Assembly: GCF_000142905.1 (NCBI RefSeq)
Contig: NW_013657649.1
Location: 1 to 64,000, forward strand
Source of the DNA: Thecamonas trahens ATCC 50062
Taxonomy: Eukaryota; Protista; Apusomonadida
Length of the DNA stretch: 64,000 nucleotides
Reading direction: 5' to 3'
Positions 20,121 through 32,100 of the stretch are shown one piece after another (the stretch's first letter is position 1; each line of letters opens with the position of its first letter). A model generated the notes under the pieces. The model worked only from the letters and a program-made list of their open reading frames with translations, did not search any database and had not been told where the DNA came from. A program made the translations under genes and the position numbers.

Positions 20121-20841
20121 CGCCCAACGACGGATCGAACGCAGGCGACCGTGACGCCCGTGGATGGGCGCAGGCGATGGAGTCGGATAACGCTCATGCC
20201 ACACAAACATGACTGCAGATCACATGTGATTGTGTGCGGCGTGTGGTAGGTGGTCTGGACGAGGTCTAGTGGTTGTGCTGTGGCTGGATCGAATGCTTGT
20301 GGCCGCCCAACAGGCGACCGTGACGCCCGTGGATGGGCGCAGGCGATGGAGTCGGATAACGCTCATGCCACACCAACATGACTGCAGATTACATGTGATT
20401 GTGTGCGGCGTGTGGTAGGTGGTCTGGACGAGGTCTAGTGGTTGTGCTGTGGCTGGATCGAATGCTTGTGGCCGCCCAACAGGCGACCGTGACGCCCGTG
20501 GATGGGCGCAGGCGATGGAGTCGGATAACGCTCATGCCACACAAACATGACTGCAGATCACATGTGATTGTGTGCGGCGTGTGGTAGGTGGTCTGGACGA
20601 GGTCTAGTGGTTGTGCTGTGGCTGGATCGAATGCTTGTGGCCGCCCAACAGGCGACCGTGACGCCCGTGGATGGGCGCAGGCGATGGAGTCGGATAACGC
20701 TCATGCCACACCAACATGATTGCAGATCACATGTGATTGTGTGCGGCGTGTGGTAGGTGGTCTGGACGAGGTCCAGTGGTTGTGCTGTGGCTGGATCGAA
20801 TGCTTGTGGCCGCCCAACGTCGGATCGAACGCAGGCGACCG
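20121..20841. repeat. Tandem array of four near-identical 169-bp units
   Basis: Units start at 20142, 20311, 20480 and 20649 (identical 62-aa ORFs at 20230, 20399 and 20568 confirm the period). Both ends carry cgcccaacg(a/t)cggatcgaacgcaggcgaccg. Confidence 0.97.
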
Positions 20842-21290
20842 CATCGGCTGTCCGCCTTTGTTGCGGCAGCTGCGATCGGCCCGGTTTCGCACATGAGACG
20901 CCATCACGCTTTTACAACATGCCATCATCACTTCAACTATGCTCACACATACTCTATGATTGTCCATGCTCTGCGCTCACCCTCGTGGTGTCCCTTGTCC
21001 GACGCAGGCGCAAGCATCTTCAACAAGTCGTCCTCGCTACAAAAACAGCGATCATCCACACAGCAGCGCTCAGCTCGTCACACACCAGCCAACCTCGCGC
21101 CCACAACATCGTCTTCGCAAAGCACTCGCCGCCCACCTACGAGTAAAGATCACATGCTTGATGACGGGCGATGCTTAAATCTGAGCTTCAGCAGCCTGGT
21201 AACCGCGTCAGAGTACTGCAGCTGATGGCAGCGTTGCGCCCGGCCGACCGCGCGGCGCCAACTCGGCACGACAACCATCATCACCACCAT

Positions 21291-21341
<51 letters not shown>
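21291..21341 (+). repeat. (CAG)16 CAA microsatellite
   Basis: Directly visible, upstream of SEC11 exon 1. Confidence 0.95.
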
Positions 21342-21509
21342 TACGATTCCTCAACCGTCACCATCAACCGTCACCATCAGCCGTCACCATCAATCAGCCA
21401 GCCGCTGGCTCTACATCTGCCTCTGCCTCTGGCACTGCCTCTGGCACTCTGTCCTCACACACCCACCCAGCTCACCACCCGACTACTTACCGGTCCACTG
21501 ACGGGCAGT

Positions 21510-22532
21510 ATGAGCGGGGATGAGGACGTCATGACGACTGCCAAGAACTTTGTCCGCACACGCATCATCAACCCATTCAAAGCCCTTCGCGGACGAGTGG
21601 TACGTCACCGAGTGGGTGGAGGGGGGGGGGGGGGGGAGGGGGGGGAGAGGGGGCAGGGGCTCCCTCCGCCCAGCCAGGGTCGACTTGACGACCTGGTCCG
21701 ACACAGCCTCAAGCGACGCGTGTGAGAGCAGAGGAGGAGGTAAGGTGGGAGTATGGACTTACCTGTTGTGTGTGCTTCGGTATTGGGGTGTTCGGTGGCG
21801 TTCGGGTGGGGGCCTGTGGGGCTTGTGGGGCTTGTGGGGGGGGGGGTTGCCTGGGGGGGGGGGGGGGTGGTCGGGGCTGGTCGCTGGTTTATGATTGTTT
21901 GTTGTTGGATTAATCGTTGGTCCTCGGCTGCCCTGCAAATCATGCTGCTCGCTCCTTGCTGCTCGCTCCTTGCTGCTCGCTCCCTGCTGCTCGTCCACTC
22001 GCTTGCTCACTCGCTTTATGGTCCTCGAGAGTGATGGCAGATGCTCGAACAAGCGATCTTCTTCGGTCTCATTGTGGCCAACGCGTTCATTCTGTGGAAG
22101 ACGCTGACGGTGGTCTCCGGCTCCGAGTCGCCCATTGTTGTGGTGCTCTCGGGCTCGATGCGCCCGGCCTTTGACCGTGGCGACCTCCTCTTTCTCACCA
22201 TGGGATCTTCTCCGCTCCGGGTCGGCGAAATCGTAGTCTACGCTCTCCCAGGCCGGGCCATCCCCATCGTCCATCGCATTGTATCGCTACACGAGTCGCG
22301 ATCGTCCGGCAAGGTCGACCTGCTGACAAAGGGCGACAACAACGACGTCGACGACCTTGGCCTCTACCCTCGCGGCGTCTGGTGGCTCCATCGAGAGAAC
22401 ATCATCGGCCGCGCAGGCGGCTTTGCCCGCGGCGCTGGCGTCATGACCATCGCCATGAACGACATGCCCCAGCTCAAGTGGGCCATGATCGGCGGCCTCT
22501 TCTTGTACGTCCTCCTCAATCGCGACGGCTGA
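21510..22532 (+). CDS. SEC11: Signal peptidase complex catalytic subunit SEC11
   Basis: Exons 21510-21599 and 22041-22532 (phase-0 intron GTACGT..GGCAG). Motifs: SESPIVVVLSGSMRPAFDRGDLLFL, IPIVHRI, LLTKGDNNDVDD. Confidence 0.96.
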
Positions 22533-22833
22533 GCCCTCCCCCTTGCCTGGTGGCTCTCAACGTGTAAACGCCCTTCCTACCTAGCTAGCCGAGGGGCATG
22601 GCCCGTCGCATCACTTTGCATTCCATCACACTCTCGATAGCCGGCCGAGCAGTTGCTCCGCTGGCTCGACGGCTTGAGAAATTTCCTCGACTTTACGTTG
22701 CTGGCCTTTGTACCAACACATCGTGCCGATTGGCATGGTGATCCGCGTATACATGGGCGCCCATCGATAGCTCGCTTCACACACGATGATCAAGGCAGTC
22801 GTGGCAACACTCGTCTGTTTTTTCGATCAAATT

Positions 22834-23847
22834 ATGGGCAATTGGCGGAAGGCTGTGCCGACATCGCCGCGGGCGTCACCCGAGCCGAGCAGCTCGACGA
22901 CGGGCGGAGTTACCAAGGCTAAGGATGCGCTTGGTACAGGAGCTGGCAAGCCGAAAAAGGGCAACCGCAAGCCTGCTTCCCGTGGCAACAAGTCAGGTCG
23001 GGCATGGAAGCCAAAGGCTGTACGTACCTTCCTCCATCCTCCTATTCATGCCCCCTCCCCCTCTTTCCCCCTCCCTCTCCCCCCTCGCCAGGATCACAAA
23101 GGATGGATGGACGTGTGGACGCCCCCTCCCCCCCCCCCCTCCCTCCCTCCCCCCTCCATGAGCAGACCGGCATCACCTATGGACCTCTCACCATGGCATA
23201 TACTCACTCACATACATCATTTTCACATCATGTCATCTTGGCTATGGATGCTTTATATCGCGGTTGTGGATAATGCTCGGAATCGCCCGTATGCGCTGCT
23301 TCTGGTCGTGACGTGCGGCGGCGGCGGCGGGGGGACGGGGTGACCGGCAAACCGCCCTCATCACCTGCATCACCTGCATCACCCGCATCACCTTCATCAC
23401 CCGCATCACCTGCATCACCCGCATCACCTCCTCATCACCCACACCACCCACACCACCCTCATCACTACCCACACCACCCTCATCACCTCCTCATCACCCT
23501 CACTATCTCAGAAGTCGAGGGCATCGGCCATGCATCAGGGCAAGGGCCTCCATCAGGGGACCAAGGTCAAGCTGAGCAAGGAGAAGGCTGAGCGGGCTCG
23601 GCGTGAGGCGCTGCGCGAGCTCAAGGAGCAGGCTCGGGCTGAAAAGGAGAAGGAGATCCTTCGCATCAAGCAGGCTCGCAAGCAGAGGGCCTTCAACAAG
23701 GCAAGAGCCGAGATGGTCCAGAAGGTCACAAACTCGACGACTCTCGGCCGTCTCTCGGCACGCCAGAAGCGCGAGATCGCAAAGCGGACAGAGGTTCTGC
23801 GTCTCTCTTACTTTGGCCTCGAGGAGACCGCAAAGGGCACCCTCTAG
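22834..23847 (+). CDS. CCDC86: CCDC86/Cgr1-family rRNA-processing protein
   Basis: Exons 22834-23019 and 23512-23847 (phase-0 intron GTACGT..CTCAG). Contains KSGRAWK, a basic coiled coil and AEMVQKVTNSTTLGRLSARQKREIAKR (compare recalled KAEIVQVIRNPAKLKR..KQLRRIEKR). Confidence 0.75.
23357..23500. repeat. Intronic 9-bp repeat (gcatcacct/c)
   Basis: Directly visible in the CCDC86 intron. Confidence 0.85.
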
Positions 23848-24564
23848 CCTTTCCTCCGTTCTGTCGCGGCTGCGCGTACCTTCACTCACCTCCGTCTTGC
23901 ATCTGGCGCTGGCCGTCATCGTCTGCGCCGCGCTTCAGGTCGACGCTGTGCGTCACGCCTACCCTCGCCACCACTCCCGATCTCCCTGCCAACCACCCAG
24001 CCGCCCATGTCTGGCCTGTGCAGGCCACACCACCAAACACCAACATACACATCCTCTCCCCAAAGCCACACCGCGCCAGTCAGATGTGTGCCAACCAAAC
24101 TCCGGACGCGTGCGACCCGCGGCAAGCATCTCGGTAGTATCGACCTCGCGGCGGCGAGCAGTGCGGCGGCGCGATAAGCCTCTCGCCGCCTTCGCCATTC
24201 CAATGGAGGGCTTTATCCAGCAGCAGTGGTGGTTCGAGGGCGTAGTGCTCTCACGGCGGCAGCTGTTTGCCTTGGCGGCGGCGGTGGTGCCTGCTGGCTT
24301 GTCGTTCCTGGGCCCAAACTGGGTGCAATCCTCCTCGGCATTTCATCTCCTTCTCCTGCTGCGGCCGAGTTTGTCCGAGACGAGCGCGAACACCGCGGCG
24401 CTGCTTTTCGACACTCCTCTGCGTCTCGGCGCTTGACGCGCGGTCGAACAGGGAGACGATCGCAAACATGGCGCTGGTGGTCCTCGTTGGCAACAGAGTC
24501 ATAGGCGTGGTGCTGGTCGGCACGCGTGCAAGTTGTGCGGAAGGGAAGGCGTCATGACGAGCGG

Positions 24565-26190
24565 CTATCCGCGCCCGGCGCGGTGGACGGCGTTGCGGGC
24601 ATCGGAGGCGGCACCGAGCGAGAGCGAGCGGCGACGGCTCAGAGAGGATGAGCTCGCGGCCGGGGCGTCAATGGTGACGTGAACGTCGCGGATGGAGAGC
24701 TCTGCCGGTGGTGTGCGGCCAGGACCGTCGATGGTGGGTGGCTCGCGCGGGTCTGCGGGACCAAAGTCGGGAACGACGGCGGCGGCGACGGGCGGGGCCT
24801 GGCCGGGGATGCGGTTAAGGAACATGGAGATGACCCAGCCGTCAAGGCCGCGGTCGGGCCACTCAATGTGGTACGAAGTAAACGCGCGCGAGCGGACGAC
24901 GTCGCCGGTGGCAACGACTTCTGTGCCCTCGGGGATGAGGGCAACGACGTCGCCACGAGGCTCGGCACGGAGACGGAGGCCTTCGGCGGCAGTGCCCATG
25001 ACGACGTAGCGGATGCCGCGGTGGGTGCCAGTCAGCTCGCCAGCGCGCTCGTAGTCTGCGGTAACGAGGGTAAACTTGAAGCGGGCCTTGGTGGCGTCGT
25101 CGAGGTCGATGGCGTCAAACTCGGCGTGGGTGAGGAGAGCGGAGCGGAAGGCAGTGACGTCTGCCGAGGCCCAGTCGAGCTTGGCGCCGCGGAGGTCTGC
25201 GCCGGTGAAGCGGGCGTTGGCGAGCGCGGCCGCCGTCAGGTCTGCGCCGCGTAGGTCCGAGCGCTGCAGCTTGGCGTACTCGAGGTTGGCGGACGAGAGG
25301 TCCGCGCCGGCGAGGCAAGCCTGCTGAAAGTAGGCGTTGCGCGCCGAGGCCGAGACGAGCGACGCTTGCGAGAGGTCAGCCTGCGAAAAGTTGGCCTCGT
25401 TGAGGATGGCGTCGTCCAGCGAGGCGTGCGGAAGGCAGGCCTTGCGGGCGTCGACGTTGCTGAGCGCGGTGCCGACGAGCGAGGCGTGGGCCAGGAGCGC
25501 GTCGCGCAGGTCAGCCGCAACCATCAGCGCTTGGTCGAGGACGGTTCCGGTCAGGTGCGCGCGCTGCAGGTTTGCGCCCGACAAGTCAAGGCAGGCCAGA
25601 TCGAGCTCGTTGAGTCGCACACCGCGGAGCGAGGGCAGCCGCGGATTGGTCTCGCCCGACTCAACAATGACAGCCTGGGGGGTGGCGAGGGAAGCGCCGG
25701 ATGTGGCCGGATCGGACGGGATGACGATGCGGCGAGAGGAGAGCGCGCGGCTCGAGCCGCTGCTCACATGATCCGACGACGCTGGTGCCCAGCCTGAGGA
25801 GACAAGAGCAGCCACAAAGTGAGCGCGAGTAGCAAAGTCGGGCGTGGCCTGAAGAGCCGAGACCAGCGGCTCGATGCCGAAAAAGGCAGCGTCTTGCAAG
25901 AGCGTCGACTTTGCCACGGATGGCGGGAGCGGCGATGGGAGGGTGTTTGAGCGGAGATAGGAGAGAATGACGGAAAAACAGTCCGGATTAGCATCCAATA
26001 AAATATTTCCTTCCTTGTCACAACTTGAGCCCATGTCACTCGTGACCAGCGAGGCGAGGAAGGAGTTTGGGTGGAGGGTGAGGGTGGCGTGGGTGGTGAC
26101 AAACACACGCCCGCCGACGTTGAGCGAGACCCACCGAGCCGGGAGGCCCGACGACGAGCTTGGCTCAGACGGAGAGGAGGAGGAGGACAT
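24565..26190 (-). CDS. BTB/POZ and pentapeptide-repeat protein (KCTD9-like) with a C-terminal bacterial-type SH3 domain
   Basis: BTB WVSLNVGGRVFVTTHATL..FLASLV..DKEGNILLDANPDCFSVILSYLRS..AAFFGI. About 30 A(D/N)Lxx pentapeptides. C-terminal GLRLRAEP..VVALIPEGTEV..GWVISMFL. Confidence 0.88.
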   Translation of the reverse strand: MSSSSSPSEPSSSSGLPARWVSLNVGGRVFVTTHATLTLHPNSFLASLVTSDMGSSCDKEGNILLDANPDCFSVILSYLRSNTLPSPLPPSVAKSTLLQDAAFFGIEPLVSALQATPDFATRAHFVAALVSSGWAPASSDHVSSGSSRALSSRRIVIPSDPATSGASLATPQAVIVESGETNPRLPSLRGVRLNELDLACLDLSGANLQRAHLTGTVLDQALMVAADLRDALLAHASLVGTALSNVDARKACLPHASLDDAILNEANFSQADLSQASLVSASARNAYFQQACLAGADLSSANLEYAKLQRSDLRGADLTAAALANARFTGADLRGAKLDWASADVTAFRSALLTHAEFDAIDLDDATKARFKFTLVTADYERAGELTGTHRGIRYVVMGTAAEGLRLRAEPRGDVVALIPEGTEVVATGDVVRSRAFTSYHIEWPDRGLDGWVISMFLNRIPGQAPPVAAAVVPDFGPADPREPPTIDGPGRTPPAELSIRDVHVTIDAPAASSSSLSRRRSLSLGAASDARNAVHRAGRG

Positions 26191-26705
26191 GGGGGTGGNN
26201 NNNNNNNNNNNNNNNNNNNNNNNNNNNNNNNNNNNNNNNNNNNNNNNNNNNNNNNNNNNNNNNNNNNNNNNNNNNNNNNNNNNNNNNNNNNNNNNNNNNN
26301 NNNNNNNNNNNNNNNNNNNNNNNNNNNNNNNNNNNNNNNNNNNNNNNNNNNNNNNNNNNNNNNNNNNNNNNNNNNNNNNNNNNNNNNNNNNNNNNNNNNN
26401 NNNNNNNNNNNNNNNNNNNNNNNNNNNNNNNNNNNNNNNNNNNNNNNNNNNNNNNNNNNNNNNNNNNNNNNNNNNNNNNNNNNNNNNNNNNNNNNNNNNN
26501 NNNNNNNNNNNNNNNNNNNNNNNNNNNNNNNNNNNNNNNNNNNNNNNNNNNNNNNNNNNNNNNNNNNNNNNNNNNNNNNNNNNNNNNNNNNNNNNNNNNN
26601 NNNNNNNNNNNNNNNNNNNNNNNNNNNNNNNNNNCCCACACACACACACCCACCACCCCACCACACACACCCACCACCACACCACCCCCACCACACACAC
26701 ACAGC

Positions 26706-28892
26706 ATGGCGTACTACGCACCACCTCAACCGTACACAGGCTCTGACCATTCAGACGAAGTGTCGTCAACTCACTCGTGGCAAACACTGTCGTCGCTCGA
26801 GTCTGAACAGAGGTCGTTGGCATCAGGAGCATGGTCGGTGACTTCGTCTGGTGGTACATTTGCTGCTGCTGGTCGTGGTACTCGTAGAAGTCGTGGAACG
26901 GGTGGTGACGGTCATTCAGGTGATGGAGAACAATCAAATATTCGTGTCGTTGCTCGCATTCGTCCGCTCTCTCGCGTTGAGGCCAATCATGGCTATTCGA
27001 CCGTAGTCTCTCCTCTCGACGACTCGAGAACTGTGGCTGTCGGTCGCTCAGATTCAGTCAAGGCAAAGTCGTACAAGTTGGACTACGTCTTTGGTCCCTC
27101 GGCCTCGCAGGGCGATGTGTTTGATACCTCGGGCGCAAAGACCCTGATCGACGAAGCCGTCGCTGGCTTTGCCTGCACGCTGTTTGCTTTTGGCCAGACC
27201 GGCTCGGGCAAGACACACACCATCACCGGGCCCGACGCCAAGATGGACGGCATCCTCCCGCGAGCCATCCACTACCTCTTCGACCGTATTGCCCAGGAGA
27301 CCTCCGAGTACGTCCGCTTTGCCATCCAGGCCTCGTACATCGAGATCTACAACGAGAACGTCCGCGACCTGCTCAACGTCTCCTCAGGCGTCCTGCCTGT
27401 CCGCTGGCGCGAGGACCGCGGCTTTTACGTCGAGAACCTCTACGTCGTCCTCACAGAGTCGGTCGACGACATGATTGCCGTCGCCGTCGAGGGCATGACC
27501 AACCGCGCCCAGCGCGCCCACGACATCAACGAGCACTCGTCGCGCTCGCACTCGATCGTCACCATGTACGTCACCTCAGAGACATACGACCCGGCCACAG
27601 GCTCCACCTCGCTCCGTCATGGCAAGCTTTCCTTTGTCGACCTCGCCGGCTCGGAGCGGGTCAAGGACTCGCGCGCCACCGGCGAGGGCCTCACCGAGGC
27701 CCGCAACATCAACCGCTCGCTTCTTGCCCTCGGCAAGTGCATCGCCGCTCTCTCCGACGCAGAGGCCCGCGGCGTCTCCGTCTCCTCTTCCTCCTCCCAC
27801 ATCCCCTTTCGGGACTCCAAGCTCACAAAGCTCCTCAAGGACTCGCTCGGCGGTAACGGCATCACCCTCATGATTGCCTGCCTCTCGCCGCACGACCACG
27901 ACGAGTCTATCAAGACCCTCCGCTACGCCGCCCGCACCAAGCACATCCGCAACAAGCCCATCATCATGCTCGATCCGCGCGATAAGCTTGTCGCTGACCT
28001 TCGCCGCGAAATCGACATGCTCCGCAAGGAGAATGCTTACCTCCGCGAGGAGCAGGCCGCCGCGCCGGCCTCGGCCCGCTCGCCTGCCGTCGAGCTCCCG
28101 TCGCTCGCATCCGCCCGCTCCTCCCGCCCTTCGCCCGCCCGCCGCGCCCGCCCCTCAGCCCGCGGTCGCGCATCCGCCCGCTCCTCCCGCCCCCCGCCGC
28201 GCGCCCGCCCACCCTCAGCAAATCTCGAGCCACGCGAGGCTGTCTCGCGCCTCGCAGAAGCCGAGTCGGTCATCGCCGAGTACATGAAGGAGAACGACGC
28301 CATCAAGCTCGAGAACCACCGCCTCTCCGAGTGGCAGCAGCAAATGTCGCGCGACCACGCCAACGCCATCCGCGAAAATGACAACCTTCGCAAGCGTCTC
28401 GAGACCCTCGAGGCCATGTTTCTGGACGCCGGTGGTGCTCCCGAGCCCCGACGTGGGCCCAACGCCGACACCTCGCCTCCCTCGGCGACTGGCTACGCCT
28501 CGCGCACCCCATCGCTCCGTTCTTCTCGCAGCGGCGCTCCCGCCTCGGGCCCTCCCTCGCACCGCTCCCGCGGTCGCATGCCACGCTACTCGACGCCCAA
28601 GTCAGCCACTGGCCCGCCGCAACCATCTGCCGCCGCCTCGGCCTCGCCGCCGCTCCGTTACCATCCCGACGCTGCCGACGACGACGACGCCGACCACCGC
28701 TTCGACTCGGGCGACGACGACGCCGACTTCCTCGAAGCCACCTTTATCCCCCTCGCCGACGGCCGCGATGTCTCCATCGCATCGGATGCCTCTTCGCGCC
28801 GCCCGCAAGCCCACGCACGCACCTCGATCAACACCCGCGGTCGCGGGCGCGGTCGCGGTCGCGGTCGCAGTCGCGGTCGCGGTCGTCGCTAG
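26706..28892 (+). CDS. KIF12: Kinesin-16/KIF12-like motor
   Basis: FAFGQTGSGKTHTITGP, ASYIEIYNENVRDLL, LPVRWREDRGFYVENL (KIF12 hallmark as recalled), SSRSH, DLAGSE, HIPFRDSKLTKLLKDSLGG. Coiled coils and an RG-repeat tail follow. Confidence 0.85.
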   Translation: MAYYAPPQPYTGSDHSDEVSSTHSWQTLSSLESEQRSLASGAWSVTSSGGTFAAAGRGTRRSRGTGGDGHSGDGEQSNIRVVARIRPLSRVEANHGYSTVVSPLDDSRTVAVGRSDSVKAKSYKLDYVFGPSASQGDVFDTSGAKTLIDEAVAGFACTLFAFGQTGSGKTHTITGPDAKMDGILPRAIHYLFDRIAQETSEYVRFAIQASYIEIYNENVRDLLNVSSGVLPVRWREDRGFYVENLYVVLTESVDDMIAVAVEGMTNRAQRAHDINEHSSRSHSIVTMYVTSETYDPATGSTSLRHGKLSFVDLAGSERVKDSRATGEGLTEARNINRSLLALGKCIAALSDAEARGVSVSSSSSHIPFRDSKLTKLLKDSLGGNGITLMIACLSPHDHDESIKTLRYAARTKHIRNKPIIMLDPRDKLVADLRREIDMLRKENAYLREEQAAAPASARSPAVELPSLASARSSRPSPARRARPSARGRASARSSRPPPRARPPSANLEPREAVSRLAEAESVIAEYMKENDAIKLENHRLSEWQQQMSRDHANAIRENDNLRKRLETLEAMFLDAGGAPEPRRGPNADTSPPSATGYASRTPSLRSSRSGAPASGPPSHRSRGRMPRYSTPKSATGPPQPSAAASASPPLRYHPDAADDDDADHRFDSGDDDADFLEATFIPLADGRDVSIASDASSRRPQAHARTSINTRGRGRGRGRGRSRGRGRR

Positions 28893-29178
28893 CGCGCAGC
28901 ACAAACCCGCCGTCACCCCGCTGCCAACCCACCCATCAACCACCCCCCACTCGCACTCCACATCCTCCACATCATCCTCTGCCCACCCTCCTTCAACAGA
29001 ACATCATCGCCAGCGAAAACACAGCGAGAACACAGCGAAACCACCTCGCCGAGCAAAAACGCTTCCACCCAAATACACCCCTCCCACACACACTTCATTC
29101 CCTCTCCAAACCCCCAACCTCCCCTACTCCCCCCCCCCCCCTCCCCGCAAACCCCCTAAAGCCATTACCTTCCAAGAC

Positions 29179-32100
29179 ATGTCGCAAGGCAAAACGCGCG
29201 CCAAAAGTGTGCATGCACCAGGCGGAAAGGCTCGAGGCAGGCATGGCAAGGAAAAGATGAAAAGTGTGTCGGGCAAGAGTTCAGGCAAGAAAAAAGAATG
29301 TGCAAGAATTCGTCCGCTTGTTTTGGGAAGGATTCGCCCGGCAAATAAGGACGAGTTGGAGGCAGAGCTCCCGGTGACGGTCACGGTTGCGTCGGACAAG
29401 TCCATTGCCATCGAGAAGAACGATCAGGCTCATGCTCATGGCCACGTCGGCGCTGGCTCGGATCAGAGCTACCCTGCTCGCAACCTCGACTCGCCGCTCA
29501 TTCTCAACGTCGACAAGGCCTTTGGGCCAGCAACCTCTCAGGACGAGTTCTACGCCGCGCTCGCGCCGTTTGCAGACGACTTGCTCGATCGGTACAACTG
29601 CACCATCTTTGCCTACGGAGAGACTGGCTCCGGCAAGACGTACACCATGGAGCACGTGATGCGGGCCATGACTCGCGACTTGCTCGGCAAGCTGAGCAAC
29701 ACAGAGATTTACTCGTCGTTCTCGCTCTCGGTCACCTTTTTCGAGATCTACAACAACACCATCTTTGATCTCCTCGCAGACAAGCCCGATCGCGACGAGC
29801 CACGGACCAAGCTCAAAATCATGAACTACGCCGTCGTCGGCCTCCAGCACATCCCGGTCGCCAACGTCGACGACGTCTCCGCAGCCCTCGCCCGCGGCCT
29901 CAACGCCCGCTCCGTCGCCGCTCTCGCAAAGAACGCCCGCTCCTCGCGCTCGCACGCCTTCTTCTCCTTTGAGATCAACGCCATCATCGCAGGCTCGGGC
30001 ACGGGCATTACCTCGCGCCTCAACCTCATCGACCTCGCTGGCTCCGAGAGAACTGGGCAGGCCCAGAAAGAGGCCTTCCTCGCAGGCATGGATCCCACCG
30101 CACAGTCGCGCTACAAGATGGAGTCGGTTCTCAAGAAGCGCCTCAACGAGGCCAACCAGATCAACAACTCGCTCACCGCTCTTGGCAACGTCATTCGCGC
30201 TCTTGCCTCCTCGCGGAGACCCTCGTTCCGCGACAAGAAGCTCACCCATCTGCTTCAGCCCTCGCTCACCGGCCGCTGCCGCCTCGGCATTGTCTTTTGC
30301 CTCTCGCAGTGCGCCACCTCCTCGGCCCTCACCTCGGTCTCCTTTGCCGAAAACGTCATGCGCCTCCCGGTCGTCGCAGTCCGTCGCAACGCGCAGGTCC
30401 TCGCCGTCGCAGACCTCAAAGCTTACATCAACCAGCTCCTCGCAAACAACTCGGCAATGCTTGAGGAGCGCAACAAGGCCCAGAACGCCGTTGTCGCTGC
30501 TCGCCACGAGAACGACCGCCTCCGCTCCCAGCTCCAGGAGCAGCTCGAGATCAACCAGGCTGCCCTCGAGTCGCAGGCCCACCGCAAGGCTCTCCTCGCC
30601 TCAAAGATCAAGTCCATCAAGGCCGCCATGGCCAAGCTCTCTGCCCAGCTCGCCGCTGTCCGCGGCGGTGCCATTCCGGCCACGCCCGGCGCTCCGACCA
30701 CGCCCGCCAAGGACGAGCAGTCGCTCGCTGCTGAGCTGGATGCCCTCACTCTCCAGCTTGCCACACACCAATCCACCCTCGCCAAGCTCACTACTGACGA
30801 GGCCAAAGCCCGCGCTGTTGTCGACGACCAGCTCGCGCAAATCTCTGCCCTTGCCTCGGCCGCTTCCTCAGACTCGGCATCTCGCGCCTCGCTTGTCGCC
30901 ACCTCGGCAGACTCGCTTGCCGACCTCGTTGCAAACTTGCCGTGGACTCTCGCCAAGCTCACCGACACCATCGCCCTCTACCCCGAGCTCGCCAACCAGC
31001 TTGTCACTGCCCACAACGGCGTCACCGCCCTTTTTGCCATCGTTACCGCAGACGGCCAAGCCGGCCACGGCACTGCTGCCCTCCGCACCATCGCCGCCGT
31101 CCTCGCCACTCCATCCGCACGCTCCGCTCTCGAGGCCATGCCCAACCGTGACGAGCTCCTCGCTCCACTTGCCGGCTTCCTCGCCTCGTCGCCCGACCCG
31201 CAGTGTGATGCATACAAGGTCGCCGCCGCCCGCGCGGTCGAGGCTCTCGCTGGTCCGGACGCGCCTCTCCTCGCCGCCGCCCTCGTCGACCTTGCCCTTG
31301 AATCGCTCGTCGACATCCTCGCCTCGGCTGCCAACCAGCGGGTTCAGGCCGCTTGTGCCCATGCCGTTGCCGCCCTCGCCTCAGCTTCACGCCACGCCCA
31401 GGACGCACTTGCCTCCTCTAACCTCATATTTCCGCTCTTTGCCCGCCTCCTCGGCTCGGCAGACACCGCCGTCGTCACCGCCGTTCTCTCGGCCGCAGGC
31501 CGTGTCGTCTCGGCCCACGACGCTCTCCAGCGCCTGGCCCTCTCCTCGGGCTTCCTCGCCGAGCTCACTTCTCTCGTCCGCGTTTGCACCGGCGACGACG
31601 CACTCAACGTCTCGGGCGCGCTCACACGCCACTCGGTCAAGCGCACTGCCGTCCAGGCCCTGCTCTCAGCCACTCTCGGCTCGCCCGACGCCCTTGCATG
31701 GGTTCTGGATGAGGGCAACCTCCCGCGCTCGGTTCTCCTTGAGGGCCTCGCCTCGTTGCAGACTACGCCCGCAGTCTGTGCCGAGCCGGACGGCCCGCTG
31801 CCATACTGGGGCTCGGCGTTCACCGCGCTCCTGCCGGCCGTCCACGGAGCGCCGTACACGCCGGCCTTTGACGATAACCCGCGGTTTGTAATCCGAGTCT
31901 TTGGGGAGACCGAGGTCTCGCTGGCGGTCGTCCGCGCAGGCACCACACCCTCGGCTTCGTCAGTGTCATCAGCTGCCGCCTCGTTCCTCGGCCTCTTTGT
32001 CTACGCCCTCGACGAGATTGATGCATCCAGCCGCAATGTGGCAACCTGCGTCGCCTCATCCCGTTTCCTCCACCCGACACTGTCGTCGGTGAGCGTGACG

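Noticed and set aside
20121-20841. Repeated 62-aa ORFs; hammerhead ribozyme or spliced-leader RNA array
   Set aside because: The ORFs start at GTG and are by-products of the repeat. There is no CUGANGA/GAAA core and no Sm site.
23900-24540. Possible small gene between CCDC86 and the BTB gene
   Set aside because: Several short ORFs lie on both strands, none with a recognisable motif or clear gene structure.
28378-29178. Overlap or fusion of the two tandem kinesin genes
   Set aside because: The extension is a C-rich stop-free frame. KIF12 ends at 28892, the second kinesin plausibly starts at 29179, and the motors are too divergent to be a recent duplication.
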